This document shows positions 1 to 8,196 of a stretch of 60,034 bases of DNA, in pieces. Every line of letters starts with the position of its first letter. Positions within the stretch are counted from its first letter, which is position 1. The stretch is from the NCBI GenBank assembly GCA_013289095.1, contig JABDAO010000006.1:1-60034 (forward strand), written 5' to 3'. The notes under the pieces are model-generated. The model saw only the letters and a program-made list of their open reading frames with translations, was not told the DNA's origin and did no database searches. Source of the DNA: Bacteroidota bacterium. GTDB taxonomy: Bacteria > Bacteroidota > Bacteroidia > Palsa-965. Made by a program: the position numbers and the translations under genes.

Positions 1-364
1 GTTAAACTGGCGCATGCCGTGTTTTGCCGCAAAATGCCGTAAAATGCCGAGCTATTTTTTATAATGGATCCGTTAAGCGCTTGCTTCGTCTCTATTTCAG
101 GCATACATGCTTCATTATTTACGGTCGCTTCACTTCATGACGTGCGCTAAAAGCCGGAGAAAAATAGGTAGTACCTCTTTTTCTCTTCCTGTCTCACGAT
201 TCAAGATGTCGGTGATCTCAACGTAGTAACCCCGCGCTTCGGCGCAATGTCATTTAATGAAGGAAATTAGATTTGTGAGAATGGTCAGATCCGGGATTTA
301 ATTCAGTTTGGCTTGACGGGTTAAGAAGCCTGGAATCATCCCGGAACGGGTACTATCTGAGCGA

Positions 365-543
365 TGTGCGACCTCTTCGGGGTCGAAAGTTGTTTTGTTT
401 TACATTTCTACAAACGTGTGATGCCTTCAGCATCATCCCAAGGTCTGTTCGTTTATTTCTTCCAGGAAAGGAAACCCCGAAGGGGTTTAACGTTTGTAGC
501 ACGCGTCATCACCAAAACCTTCCGACCCCGAAGGGGTCGCACA
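365..543. repeat. REP/BIME-like palindromic doublet
   Basis: Left arm TGTGCGACCTCTTCGGGGTCG...CTACAAACGT is the imperfect reverse complement of right arm ACGTTTGTAG...CGACCCCGAAGGGGTCGCACA. Each end is itself a small hairpin, and a third hairpin AAACCCCGAAGGGGTTT lies inside. Confidence 0.75.
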
Positions 544-698
544 AATGAAAGCCTGTCGGGAATTAACTATTCAGCGCGTTTTTGGGTTTTAAACAACCAT
601 TCCAGAGGGGGTGGCAACATACACGAATACAAATTCCGGGTAAGGGGATAAGGCTTCTTAACTAAAAAATGACCGTGCTTTCAGCGGGTTACACTCCC

Positions 699-1105
699 TC
701 GTACATACATTCTTCTACATCGTCATTACACGTTTTCCTTTCGTACATACATTCTTCTCTTTCATAACTACACCTTTCTCCTTCATAAATACATGCTTCT
801 TCGTCGTCAATACACCCTTCTCCTTCATAAATACATGCTTCTTCTTCGTCAATACACCCTTCTCCTTCATAAATACACCCTTCTCCTTCATAAATACATG
901 CTTCTCCTTCGTCAATACACCCTTCTCCTTCATAAATACATGCTTCTCCTTCGTCAATACACCCTTCTCCTTCATAAATACATGCTTCTTCTTCGTCAAT
1001 ACATCCTTCTTCTTCGTCAATACACCCTTCTCCTTCATAAATACATGGTTCGCCTCCGTCAATACCGCTTTCCTTTCGTAAATACGCCTTTCTCCTTTAT
1101 ACATG
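699..1105. repeat. 21-bp-period tandem array (about 19 units)
   Basis: Alternating units TTCATAAATACATGCTTCTCC and TTCGTCAATACACCCTTCTCC, degenerate at both ends. Confidence 0.9.
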
Positions 1106-1347
1106 CAGCTTTCACTGTGTAAATACACGCGGTTGCCATGCAGTAGCACCCGACACGTCGACTGCAAGAACTGAGTTTCCACAAAATCCGTTCGTAATTA
1201 CATGTTATTCAGCAGGGTAATTGCAACCGGCGCGCCTGCTTTTTTTAAACAGGGAATAAACAGACAGAGCAAGACAGCATCCATCAGCAAATACCGTTCT
1301 TGCATTCAACAGACCGTGACCAGCTATTTACCAGGGGCAACAGGCTG

Positions 1348-1496
1348 TTTATCCCGGGATTTTCGGTTGGAGATGGACAAGGCCCTGAAAGGGCCGCAAG
1401 CTCTGAGGAACAGCGGGATAACCCAAGCCCCTCACACAAAGGTCAAACGCAGGGAACAGGAGGGCAATTCGTTTCTACTGTTCACTTTGGGTTTAT
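1348..1496 (+). repeat. Structured dispersed element, copy 1 (subfamily A)
   Basis: TTTATCCCG...GGCCCTGAAAGGGCC...CAGCGGGATAACCC...AAACGCA GGGAACAG...CTGTTCAC...GGGTTTAT; closest to the copy at 5253. Confidence 0.8.
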
Positions 1497-2134
1497 CTGT
1501 GACACATGTTTCATAATGCAGATTGCACATATACGTAACGCGAGCCTGAAAATTTTACACGGAGTGAAAATAAATTGTAAGAATATCTTGAATGAGGAAA
1601 GCTGAACGCTTATCTTTATGCAGAATTTGATAACCGGTATCATGAAGAGGATAAATCAACAGAGTTTCGATGCGCTGTCCGGCAGCAGGTTTTCTTCCGG
1701 CCATATTGGTATGACTTCCTCACCTGCCTTCCTTTGTTTACCAGGGAAAGCAACCACGCGTGTTCCCGACCCGGCCCAACACATACCTTCCACCCCAAAC
1801 TAATCCGCATTCAGAAAAACTTACCCAGGACCCTTCTTTCTTCCGCCTCCTGATACCTTAGCCGGTATAACGCGGATAGTTGATTATACGGCGGCTCCTT
1901 GTCTTGGATTGCAGGCCGAGGCATATCTGAATTTCACGTCGAAGAGACGAGACAGGTGCGTGGCTCTTGCCCCGGCTTGACCGGGATTGCTGACACCCAC
2001 GAAGAATCAGTATAACGCCTGCCCGTCAGAACATCCCGATAACAACCGGGGTGATCGGGAGCAGCCCAGTTGCGTACAAATAAAAACGGATGACGCTGTT
2101 TTTGAAATTGACAAAACAAACAAAACTGAAACCC

Positions 2135-2410
2135 ATGACTAACATCAATAAAACGAAGATCGGAAAACTGTACAACCTCAGCCCGAGGACAATAACGGGT
2201 TATTTTTCGAAACATCTGCGCGAACTCCGGGCCCTGGCCACGGTACGCACCTTAAAGGATGGACGGGTATGTGTATGCCAGTTCTACAACCCGAAACAAT
2301 TGCAATTCATCATCGATGTAATCATGAAAGACACTCCCGAAGGGTATTCCTTCAACGGAAAAACGTTTGTGAGGATCGATGACAAGGAATTTAAACGCGT
2401 CAGGGAGTGA
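2135..2410 (+). CDS. Small putative DNA-binding protein, DUF4248-like
   Basis: 91 aa from ATG 2135. HTH-like start (KTKIGKLYNLSPRTI) and a FYNPKQLQFI motif resemble Bacteroidota DUF4248 proteins. Confidence 0.5.
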   Translation: MTNINKTKIGKLYNLSPRTITGYFSKHLRELRALATVRTLKDGRVCVCQFYNPKQLQFIIDVIMKDTPEGYSFNGKTFVRIDDKEFKRVRE

Positions 2411-2554
2411 GGTGTTGAACAGACTACCCTTTTGCATCCATGGATACAAGGATAGGGTGATCACACGCGTCACTTCGACCACTGGTGTTTATTAAAAAAG
2501 GCCATCCCAACCAAATGAGACAGCCTTGAATTCGTATACAGAAGAGACCTTTGT

Positions 2555-2848
2555 TCAGATCCTTATTTCATGAATCCGGTGCAGGGGAATCTGCATCCCG
2601 GTTTTGAGGAGCACATATTTTTCGGTCACGCTCCAGATGGTTGTTTCTACCTGTTTCATACCGAGTTTGTCTTCGAAGATGATTTTGACCTTGCCTTTGT
2701 AGTTATTGCCCAGGAGCATGGCCCGTTCGGCATCCGAACGGCGCTGGTTCATGTTTTCGGCCGATTTCAATACATCCTGTAAGGGGAAATTCAGACCGGC
2801 TATAATACTTTTCTCGACCAAGGCGAGTTGGGGATAGGAGATGTTCAT
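2555..2848 (-). CDS. Conserved Bacteroidota hypothetical protein
   Basis: 97 aa from ATG 2848. The LGNNYKGKVKIIF...VETTIWSVT...IPLHRI pattern is familiar from Bacteroidota hypotheticals. Confidence 0.75.
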   Translation of the reverse strand: MNISYPQLALVEKSIIAGLNFPLQDVLKSAENMNQRRSDAERAMLLGNNYKGKVKIIFEDKLGMKQVETTIWSVTEKYVLLKTGMQIPLHRIHEIRI

Positions 2849-2979
2849 GGGGCTCAGGTTTGGGGGTGAGTCTAGTTGTACGCACCAACCCGGCATAGGT
2901 TTCGATAAATGTAAGATATATATGAATTCTTCTTAACCAGAGCGCAAAACAGCCGGAAATTACATTTATAAACACCTGC

Positions 2980-3151
2980 TTTATCCCGCATTATTCATTA
3001 GGAATCGGCCTTCCCACTCAAAAGGATGACAGCACATGCACCCAGCGGGATAACCCGTCTCCCGATGTCTATCAGGACTATCGGGACACACACAAGGCTT
3101 AACGCACTTTGCATTAGCCTGTTGCACGGCTAATGCAAAATCCTGGTTTAA
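2980..3151 (+). repeat. Structured dispersed element, copy 2 (subfamily B)
   Basis: TTTATCCCGC...CTCAAAAGG...CAGCGGGATAACCC...AACGCAC TTTGCATTAGCC...GGCTAATGCAAA...GGTTTAA. Confidence 0.85.
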
Positions 3152-3520
3152 GGATGGACGATTCCACAAGGTCATTCCGATACCGACAAGTTCTTTCTGT
3201 CACGGGGCAGTGCTGACGGATTACGGAATACCATATCACAGATGGTGATCCAGCTCAGGGAGCAGTTTCCGCAAGTGAAGAACCTGCACCACATCAGGGG
3301 AAGTGTAATTACTCACTGGCAGAAACAGGAAGGTGTGATGGAGGCAATGGTAAAGGCAGGGCATAGGTACGTGAGCAGTACCCAGCGATACCAGACCAAT
3401 AAATACGAGGAATTGCAAGACCAACTCAAGACCATGCACCCGCTGGAAGGGATGGCCCTTGGAAGTTATTTCCATGTCTCAATCGCCTACATTTGCAGGG
3501 CTTTAAACAATTCTTTATGA
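3152..3520 (+). pseudogene. Tyrosine recombinase C-terminal fragment
   Basis: HHIRGSVITHW...AGHRYVSSTQRY...HPLE contains the catalytic HxxR, GH and Y motifs. The frame opens directly after a TAA at the end of repeat copy 2, and the N-terminal part is absent. Confidence 0.75.
3488..3495 (+). promoter_or_regulatory. Bacteroidota -7 promoter element TAnnTTTG
   Basis: TACATTTG, 21 nt before ATG 3517. Confidence 0.5.
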
Positions 3521-4416
3521 GTGAATATAGAATTCAAATTATTGGTCATACGCAAGTTTATCCTTGGGTTCAATTAATAAATGCAAACAGGTTTGAGGTC
3601 CTACCCTCCAAACCAAGATCGCTGAATATTGATTTAACTAACATGAATTTTATTGCTCCGTACCATGTGGTTTCTCTGGCTTGTCTGATTGAGGAATATC
3701 ACATGAACGGAGTAATTATTAAGTTCAATCAAGGAAACAATCCTGCAACAGATTATTTAGACCAGCTTGGATTTTTCGACTACTGGAAAAAAGGATTTGA
3801 CAGAAAGAAATACCATCCAGATAAGGTGAGAACCTCTTTTTGTCTCTGGCAGCTGGACATTGAAATGTTTAACGCTTACGTCTTTCAAGCGAAGGATTAT
3901 TTCAACAGACACTTTTTTAGTGACAAGGATTTGCAACCATTGAATGATTCATTGACGGAATTATTTAACAATGTGGTTGACCATTCCGAGTCCCCAGTCA
4001 GAGGGTATGTCTTTACTCAATACTTCCCTAAAAGAAACCAAATAATCATATCGGTATGTGATTTTGGCAATGGTATTCCTAAGACAATAAATCGGTTCCT
4101 TGAACGAACAAAGGGTAAAGGCGTTTCTAACATTGCTGCCCTTCTGATGGGCTTTAAGAAGGGCTTTTCCACCGAATCAACCCCATCAAACAGAGGCTTA
4201 GGGCTTGATAATATAGCATCCATCGTAAAAACTATGAAAAGCGAATTGTTAATAATTTCTAATGACGTGTATTTCAAGCAAAAGCATGATGGTTCGGTGG
4301 TAAAAGCGTTGATGCCAGAAGCCTTCCCTGGCACTCAGGTAGTTATATCCCTTAACACAAGGCACCTGAAACCCTTGGAAGTAGAGGATATTGTCCATGC
4401 CGAATATACTTTGTAA
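3517..4416 (+). CDS. STAS-like + HATPase_c (GHKL) ATP-binding protein
   Basis: N box ELFNNVVDHS, G1 box VCDFGNGIP, G2 box NRGLGLD and terminal FPGTQV. The N-terminal IDLTNMNFIAP...LACLIE segment is STAS-like. Confidence 0.85.
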   Translation: MSEYRIQIIGHTQVYPWVQLINANRFEVLPSKPRSLNIDLTNMNFIAPYHVVSLACLIEEYHMNGVIIKFNQGNNPATDYLDQLGFFDYWKKGFDRKKYHPDKVRTSFCLWQLDIEMFNAYVFQAKDYFNRHFFSDKDLQPLNDSLTELFNNVVDHSESPVRGYVFTQYFPKRNQIIISVCDFGNGIPKTINRFLERTKGKGVSNIAALLMGFKKGFSTESTPSNRGLGLDNIASIVKTMKSELLIISNDVYFKQKHDGSVVKALMPEAFPGTQVVISLNTRHLKPLEVEDIVHAEYTL

Positions 4417-4453
4417 CTTTGTACTAATAAAACCCGCTGAAAACCTGCCAGAT

Positions 4454-4765
4454 ATGAAAACAAACCCAGAAAAAGTAGTGGTGATTGACGTGATGACTTG
4501 CGTTAGTGGTACAACTACATCTTCTGAGGCTGTTTCTCTTTTTATAAAAATGAAACAGTCCTTGGTTGACGGTTTTTCCATCAAGCTGTCATTGATTAAT
4601 GCAACTCCAATGTCTTCGTCTTTCCTGAACGCTTCCTTCGGTGAATTATTTGACCAGTTCGGGTATCCGATGATAAAAGAGCGGATTACTCTTGTAGATT
4701 ACAAACCGTCTCAGGCAAAGCAAATCAAGGATTACCTTGACACAATTAACAAGCTTGTAAAGTAA
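4454..4765 (+). CDS. STAS-like domain protein (DUF4325-like)
   Basis: 103 aa with MSSSFLNASFGELF, the phospho-acceptor-type motif of DUF4325. A TAACTTTG promoter-like site lies at 4414-4421. Confidence 0.8.
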   Translation: MKTNPEKVVVIDVMTCVSGTTTSSEAVSLFIKMKQSLVDGFSIKLSLINATPMSSSFLNASFGELFDQFGYPMIKERITLVDYKPSQAKQIKDYLDTINKLVK

Positions 4766-4792
4766 CGTTTCCATCGCACTTCTTGAAAGTAT

Positions 4793-4819
4793 AAAGCTCC
4801 TTTAATCGGGAGCTTTTTT
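4793..4819 (+). terminator. Rho-independent terminator
   Basis: AAAGCTCC-loop-GGAGCTTTTTT after the STAS gene. Confidence 0.7.
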
Positions 4820-4928
4820 CGTTTACATTTACCTCCAAGTTCTTTGAAAACACTGGAAAAACAACTCAACAGGCTATTGCTCCTTTGGCAAGATTCTGAG
4901 AAGTTATGTACCTTCGGTGTTAGACCAT

Positions 4929-5239
4929 TACGGGTTTGATGGGCTTGAGCGTGATAAGCAGCTCTCTGACAATAATTATACAACGCATTTTAGAGAAATG
5001 GACTCCGAAATAGGACGCTGGTGGCGATTGACTCTAAAATGAAATTCGGTGAAAGTCCGTATGCACTTATGGGGAATAATCCGATTTCGAGAACTGAGCC
5101 GGACGGAGATAGTGATGGGGATGATGAGGATAAATCACTTGTGAAAACACATAAATTCTCTGATGTACCGACCTTATCCGATCAAAAAAACAATGGCCGT
5201 CAGCCTGTCAAGCTTAACAGGTTGAGAATTTTATTTTAA
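4929..5239 (+). pseudogene. RHS repeat-associated core fragment, frameshifted
   Basis: YGFDGLERDKQLSDNNYTTHFREMDSEIGRWW, then a frameshift near 5024, then AIDSK...ESPYALMGNNPISRTEPDGD (RHS core ending in a DPxG-type cleavage site). Only a short C-terminal stub follows. Confidence 0.8.
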
Positions 5240-5252
5240 GAGATACGATTAC

Positions 5253-5413
5253 TTTATTCCGCATTTTTCAGTTGAAGATGGCTAACGCTCTGAAAGGGCC
5301 GCCAGCTATCAGGAGCAGCGGGATAACCCATCCCGATGAATATCGGGACTGCACAAAATCCAAACGCACTGAACAGTAGTGCACTACGTTTCTACTGTTC
5401 ATGTTGGGTTTAT
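5253..5413 (+). repeat. Structured dispersed element, copy 3 (subfamily A)
   Basis: TTTATTCCGC...CTGAAAGGGCC...CAGCGGGATAACCC-TCCCGATGAATATCGGGA...AAACGCAC TGAACAGTAG...CTACTGTTCA...GGGTTTAT. Confidence 0.85.
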
Positions 5414-5546
5414 AGCGTGTTTTGACATCTCTGCTGAAACGGTTTCGGTTACCCGAAAAACCGGCGAGAACTTTGCAAAGACCGGCTAGTGAATTCCTTA
5501 CTTATACCGAAAGAATTTGAGAATATGAACAACACCCCTCGGTATA

Positions 5547-5581
5547 ACCCGTTCTCCCGCTGAAGGAGCGGGAGAACGGGT
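5547..5581 (-). terminator. Stem-loop, probable terminator of the minus-strand T9SS gene
   Basis: ACCCGTTCTCCCGCT-GAAGG-AGCGGGAGAACGGGT, a perfect 15-bp stem. Confidence 0.6.
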
Positions 5582-5608
5582 ATATATTTAGGTTGATGCC
5601 CAGACCAC

Positions 5609-6694
5609 TCATCTCACCACCTCGAACGACTTCATCTCCCGGCTTCCTTTTGAATCTGTAACCGATACCAGAAAGAGCCCAGCTTCGAGCGAAGAGACAT
5701 CCACGGTAAGCAGATTGTCGCCTGTTACAAAGGTGTATTGTTTGCTGAAACGTTGTTTGCCAAGCACATCATACACCCGAACCTCCACATTGCCGGCATC
5801 GACCAAACGGAGGCCCAGATTGATCGCTGTGGTTGACGGGTTTGGATACAGGTTTTTAAACATGCCCGTTGCAGGAGCTGCATACGAAACAATTCCGGAG
5901 GCCGGACAGGAATTGGTACAGGTACAAAAGGTAACACCAGTCATCGTCCCGCTGTTGCCGGTTATTCCTCCTGCCGGGTGGCTGGCATCGCAGATATCCA
6001 CATGTTGCCCTGCTGCGCCAACCGTTCCCGAATTGTATGAGCCCGATGTAATGCTAAAACCACCGCAACCCGACCCTGTGGGCCCTGTAATGGTGGCCGA
6101 ATTATACCAGGCCCCTTTTACGATAACCATGCAGGCTGTATAAAACGAGGCGGAGTACCCGTTGTAAAAATTGGCCCCAACACGCATGTAGCTGCCATTC
6201 GTAACCGAGGCTGAGTAACCGCTCGAAAAAATTCCGGTAGTTGTAAAGTTTCCGTTATTCACCAGCGTGGCCAATGAATCACCAAAGACAGCGCAGGTAA
6301 TTGTTCCTCCTGCATTATTTATCGCACCGTGGTTTGTTACAGCCAGACGTGTATCTGTAAGATTGCTGTAATTATTCAGTACAGAGCCCGAACCGATTAC
6401 CAGCAGGCTGTCGGCCGTAATGGTACCGTAATTGTTTAGTATTCCTCCCCCATCCACTTCCAGGTTGTGGTTGTTTATCATCCCCTGGTTACAAAGCGTA
6501 CCCCCCGCAACTTCGATGAGCCCGGTGCAGGTTCCACCGGCAGCAATGCAAAGCGTGGTTCCGGTAGTGATCAGGTGATTGGTTGGGTCGTTGGTGGTGA
6601 TTGTGGTTGTACACGAAGTGCATTGTGCCTGCCCTGCCAATTGGAGGGCGCATAGCATCATCACAGCCAGGGCTGTACGGGTAATTTTTTTCAT
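5609..6694 (-). CDS. T9SS type A sorting domain protein with beta-helix-like G/N/T-rich body
   Basis: Signal peptide, repeated xNxGxI motifs, and C-terminal LYPNPS...VYDVLGK...LEAGLFLV domain. Confidence 0.9.
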   Translation of the reverse strand: MKKITRTALAVMMLCALQLAGQAQCTSCTTTITTNDPTNHLITTGTTLCIAAGGTCTGLIEVAGGTLCNQGMINNHNLEVDGGGILNNYGTITADSLLVIGSGSVLNNYSNLTDTRLAVTNHGAINNAGGTITCAVFGDSLATLVNNGNFTTTGIFSSGYSASVTNGSYMRVGANFYNGYSASFYTACMVIVKGAWYNSATITGPTGSGCGGFSITSGSYNSGTVGAAGQHVDICDASHPAGGITGNSGTMTGVTFCTCTNSCPASGIVSYAAPATGMFKNLYPNPSTTAINLGLRLVDAGNVEVRVYDVLGKQRFSKQYTFVTGDNLLTVDVSSLEAGLFLVSVTDSKGSREMKSFEVVR

Positions 6695-6882
6695 GAGGAA
6701 GATTTTGGATTACTGAAAGCGAAGGTAGGGATTAATAGCTTGCCTATTCCTGGAAAACCAGGAATCAAGGATCAATACCCGATCCTTAAATTTCAACTGA
6801 AATTGCGAAGCAACAGATGAACGGCGAAAAAGGGAAAATGTTCTGAAGATCCGTTCAGCGCTATGCCGGGACGGCCTGGCCC

Positions 6883-7293
6883 TTACCTGGCTTCGAACGT
6901 AAAAAAAGTATGTATGTCAGAAACATGGTAATCAACCTTGAGTTTGGTTGGTTCGGCGTTTTCTACTTTGTAGGCAAATTTTTCTTTGCTGGCTTCATCC
7001 ACAAAATTTATATAGACCCCCTGTTTGGTCCAGGTGCCGGTCTTGGCATCTCCATTGCGTTTGAGGCTGTATTTTCCATCGCCTGTCATCCATAAAAAAT
7101 CGTCGGCTTGTTTCTTTTTGGGTTTTGATTCCACAGCCCATTCTTCGACGGCAATCAGGAGCCATTTCTTGCCGCAGAGCGAAGTGTCGCGTGCAGGAGC
7201 TGCTTTGGTGGTTTTTACTGGGGTTGGTTTGGTTTGTGCCTTCACGACATATCCGGTAGCGAGCGCAAGCAGCAGTGTAAGTATCTTTTTCAT
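6883..7293 (-). CDS. Exported lipocalin-like hypothetical protein
   Basis: Signal peptide; LCGKKWLL...DGKY...TGTW pattern typical of lipocalin-like domains. Confidence 0.65.
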   Translation of the reverse strand: MKKILTLLLALATGYVVKAQTKPTPVKTTKAAPARDTSLCGKKWLLIAVEEWAVESKPKKKQADDFLWMTGDGKYSLKRNGDAKTGTWTKQGVYINFVDEASKEKFAYKVENAEPTKLKVDYHVSDIHTFFTFEAR

Positions 7294-7307
7294 AGTACGT
7301 GTTCTGT

Positions 7308-7733
7308 TTACGAGAGTAAAGATAGAAATTTATCTTCTAACCGGGTCATCCGGGCTTTGTTGGTCTTGCCTTTGTCTGAAAAGCCGAGCAGGTGCAGCAA
7401 GCCATGCACCATGACGCGGTGCAACTCTGTTTCGAACAGCTGGCCCTCGGTTTTAGCATTGTCGCGTATGCGGTCTATGCTTAGGTAGATATCGCCTGAA
7501 ATGACTTTTTTCTCCGAATAATCGAATGTGATCACATCGGTATAATAATCGTGTTTCAGGAATTGCTTGTTGATGCCAAGCAGGTAGGTATCGGTGCAAA
7601 AAATATAGTTCAGCGTCCCCGTTTGTTTTTTGTGAAAAGCGATGACCTGATAAAGCCAGAGACGGAGTGTTTTCTGGTTTTTTAATTTATAACGAGCTAT
7701 TTCAGAGTGAAAGGAGATGGATTCTGGCGACAC
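7308..7733 (-). CDS. ybeY: rRNA maturation RNase YbeY
   Basis: HDYYTDVITF, GDIYLS and HGLLHLLGFSD metal-binding motif. Confidence 0.95.
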   Translation of the reverse strand: MSPESISFHSEIARYKLKNQKTLRLWLYQVIAFHKKQTGTLNYIFCTDTYLLGINKQFLKHDYYTDVITFDYSEKKVISGDIYLSIDRIRDNAKTEGQLFETELHRVMVHGLLHLLGFSDKGKTNKARMTRLEDKFLSLLS

Positions 7734-7742
7734 AAACAGGCG

Positions 7743-8165
7743 TTAGTTTGCAGAAAGTTTAAAATCAAGGACCACTTTGGAGCCGTTATCCTCGAATTCA
7801 ACCTTATCGGCCAGGTGTTTCATCAGGAACACACCTCTTCCGTTTGGTTTCTCGATATTTTCGGGATTTGTCGGATCCGGGAGCTGGGTATAATTAAAGC
7901 CTTCGCCTTCATCCTTCACCGAAAAACGCAGGTGATGATCGTCAGACAGATAACTGATATCGATATTTTTATTGGGATTGGCCTTATTGCCATGCTGGAT
8001 TGCATTGTTAACCGCTTCGGTGATGGCTACCAGGATATTTCCGTAATGGTCTTCGCTGATATTGTAGGTCTCACAAATGGTATTTACCAGTTTTTCAACG
8101 AAAGCCATGCTTTCGGCTTGTGATGTAATCCTGATCTTTTTTTCTTCTTCTGCCATTCGAATCAT
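7743..8165 (-). CDS. RsbW-like anti-sigma factor / HATPase_c_2 protein
   Basis: EAVNNAIQHGN, VKDEGEGF and GRGVFLMKHLAD motifs. Confidence 0.9.
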   Translation of the reverse strand: MIRMAEEEKKIRITSQAESMAFVEKLVNTICETYNISEDHYGNILVAITEAVNNAIQHGNKANPNKNIDISYLSDDHHLRFSVKDEGEGFNYTQLPDPTNPENIEKPNGRGVFLMKHLADKVEFEDNGSKVVLDFKLSAN

Positions 8166-8196
8166 GGTGTTATTTCTTTAAAAGTGTTGAAATATA

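Noticed and set aside
715-1182. ORFs read through the tandem arrays (715-1182, 793-1122, 26724-27602 and overlaps, 49995-50489, 50028-50411) as confident CDS
   Set aside because: Open frames are expected from stop-free units whose length is a multiple of three. Several frames compete and none has a good start context.
1202-1803. Short ORFs at 1202-1516, 1300-1605 and 1618-1803, plus others crossing repeat copies (2981-3175, 41191-41373)
   Set aside because: They mostly translate repeat or intergenic DNA and show no protein-like features.
7743-8165. One partner-switching circuit joining the RsbW-like gene, the HATPase-STAS pair and the TPR-SpoIIE gene
   Set aside because: The genes are unlinked and differ in context, and these families are common in Bacteroidota. 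Nothing in the sequence ties them together.
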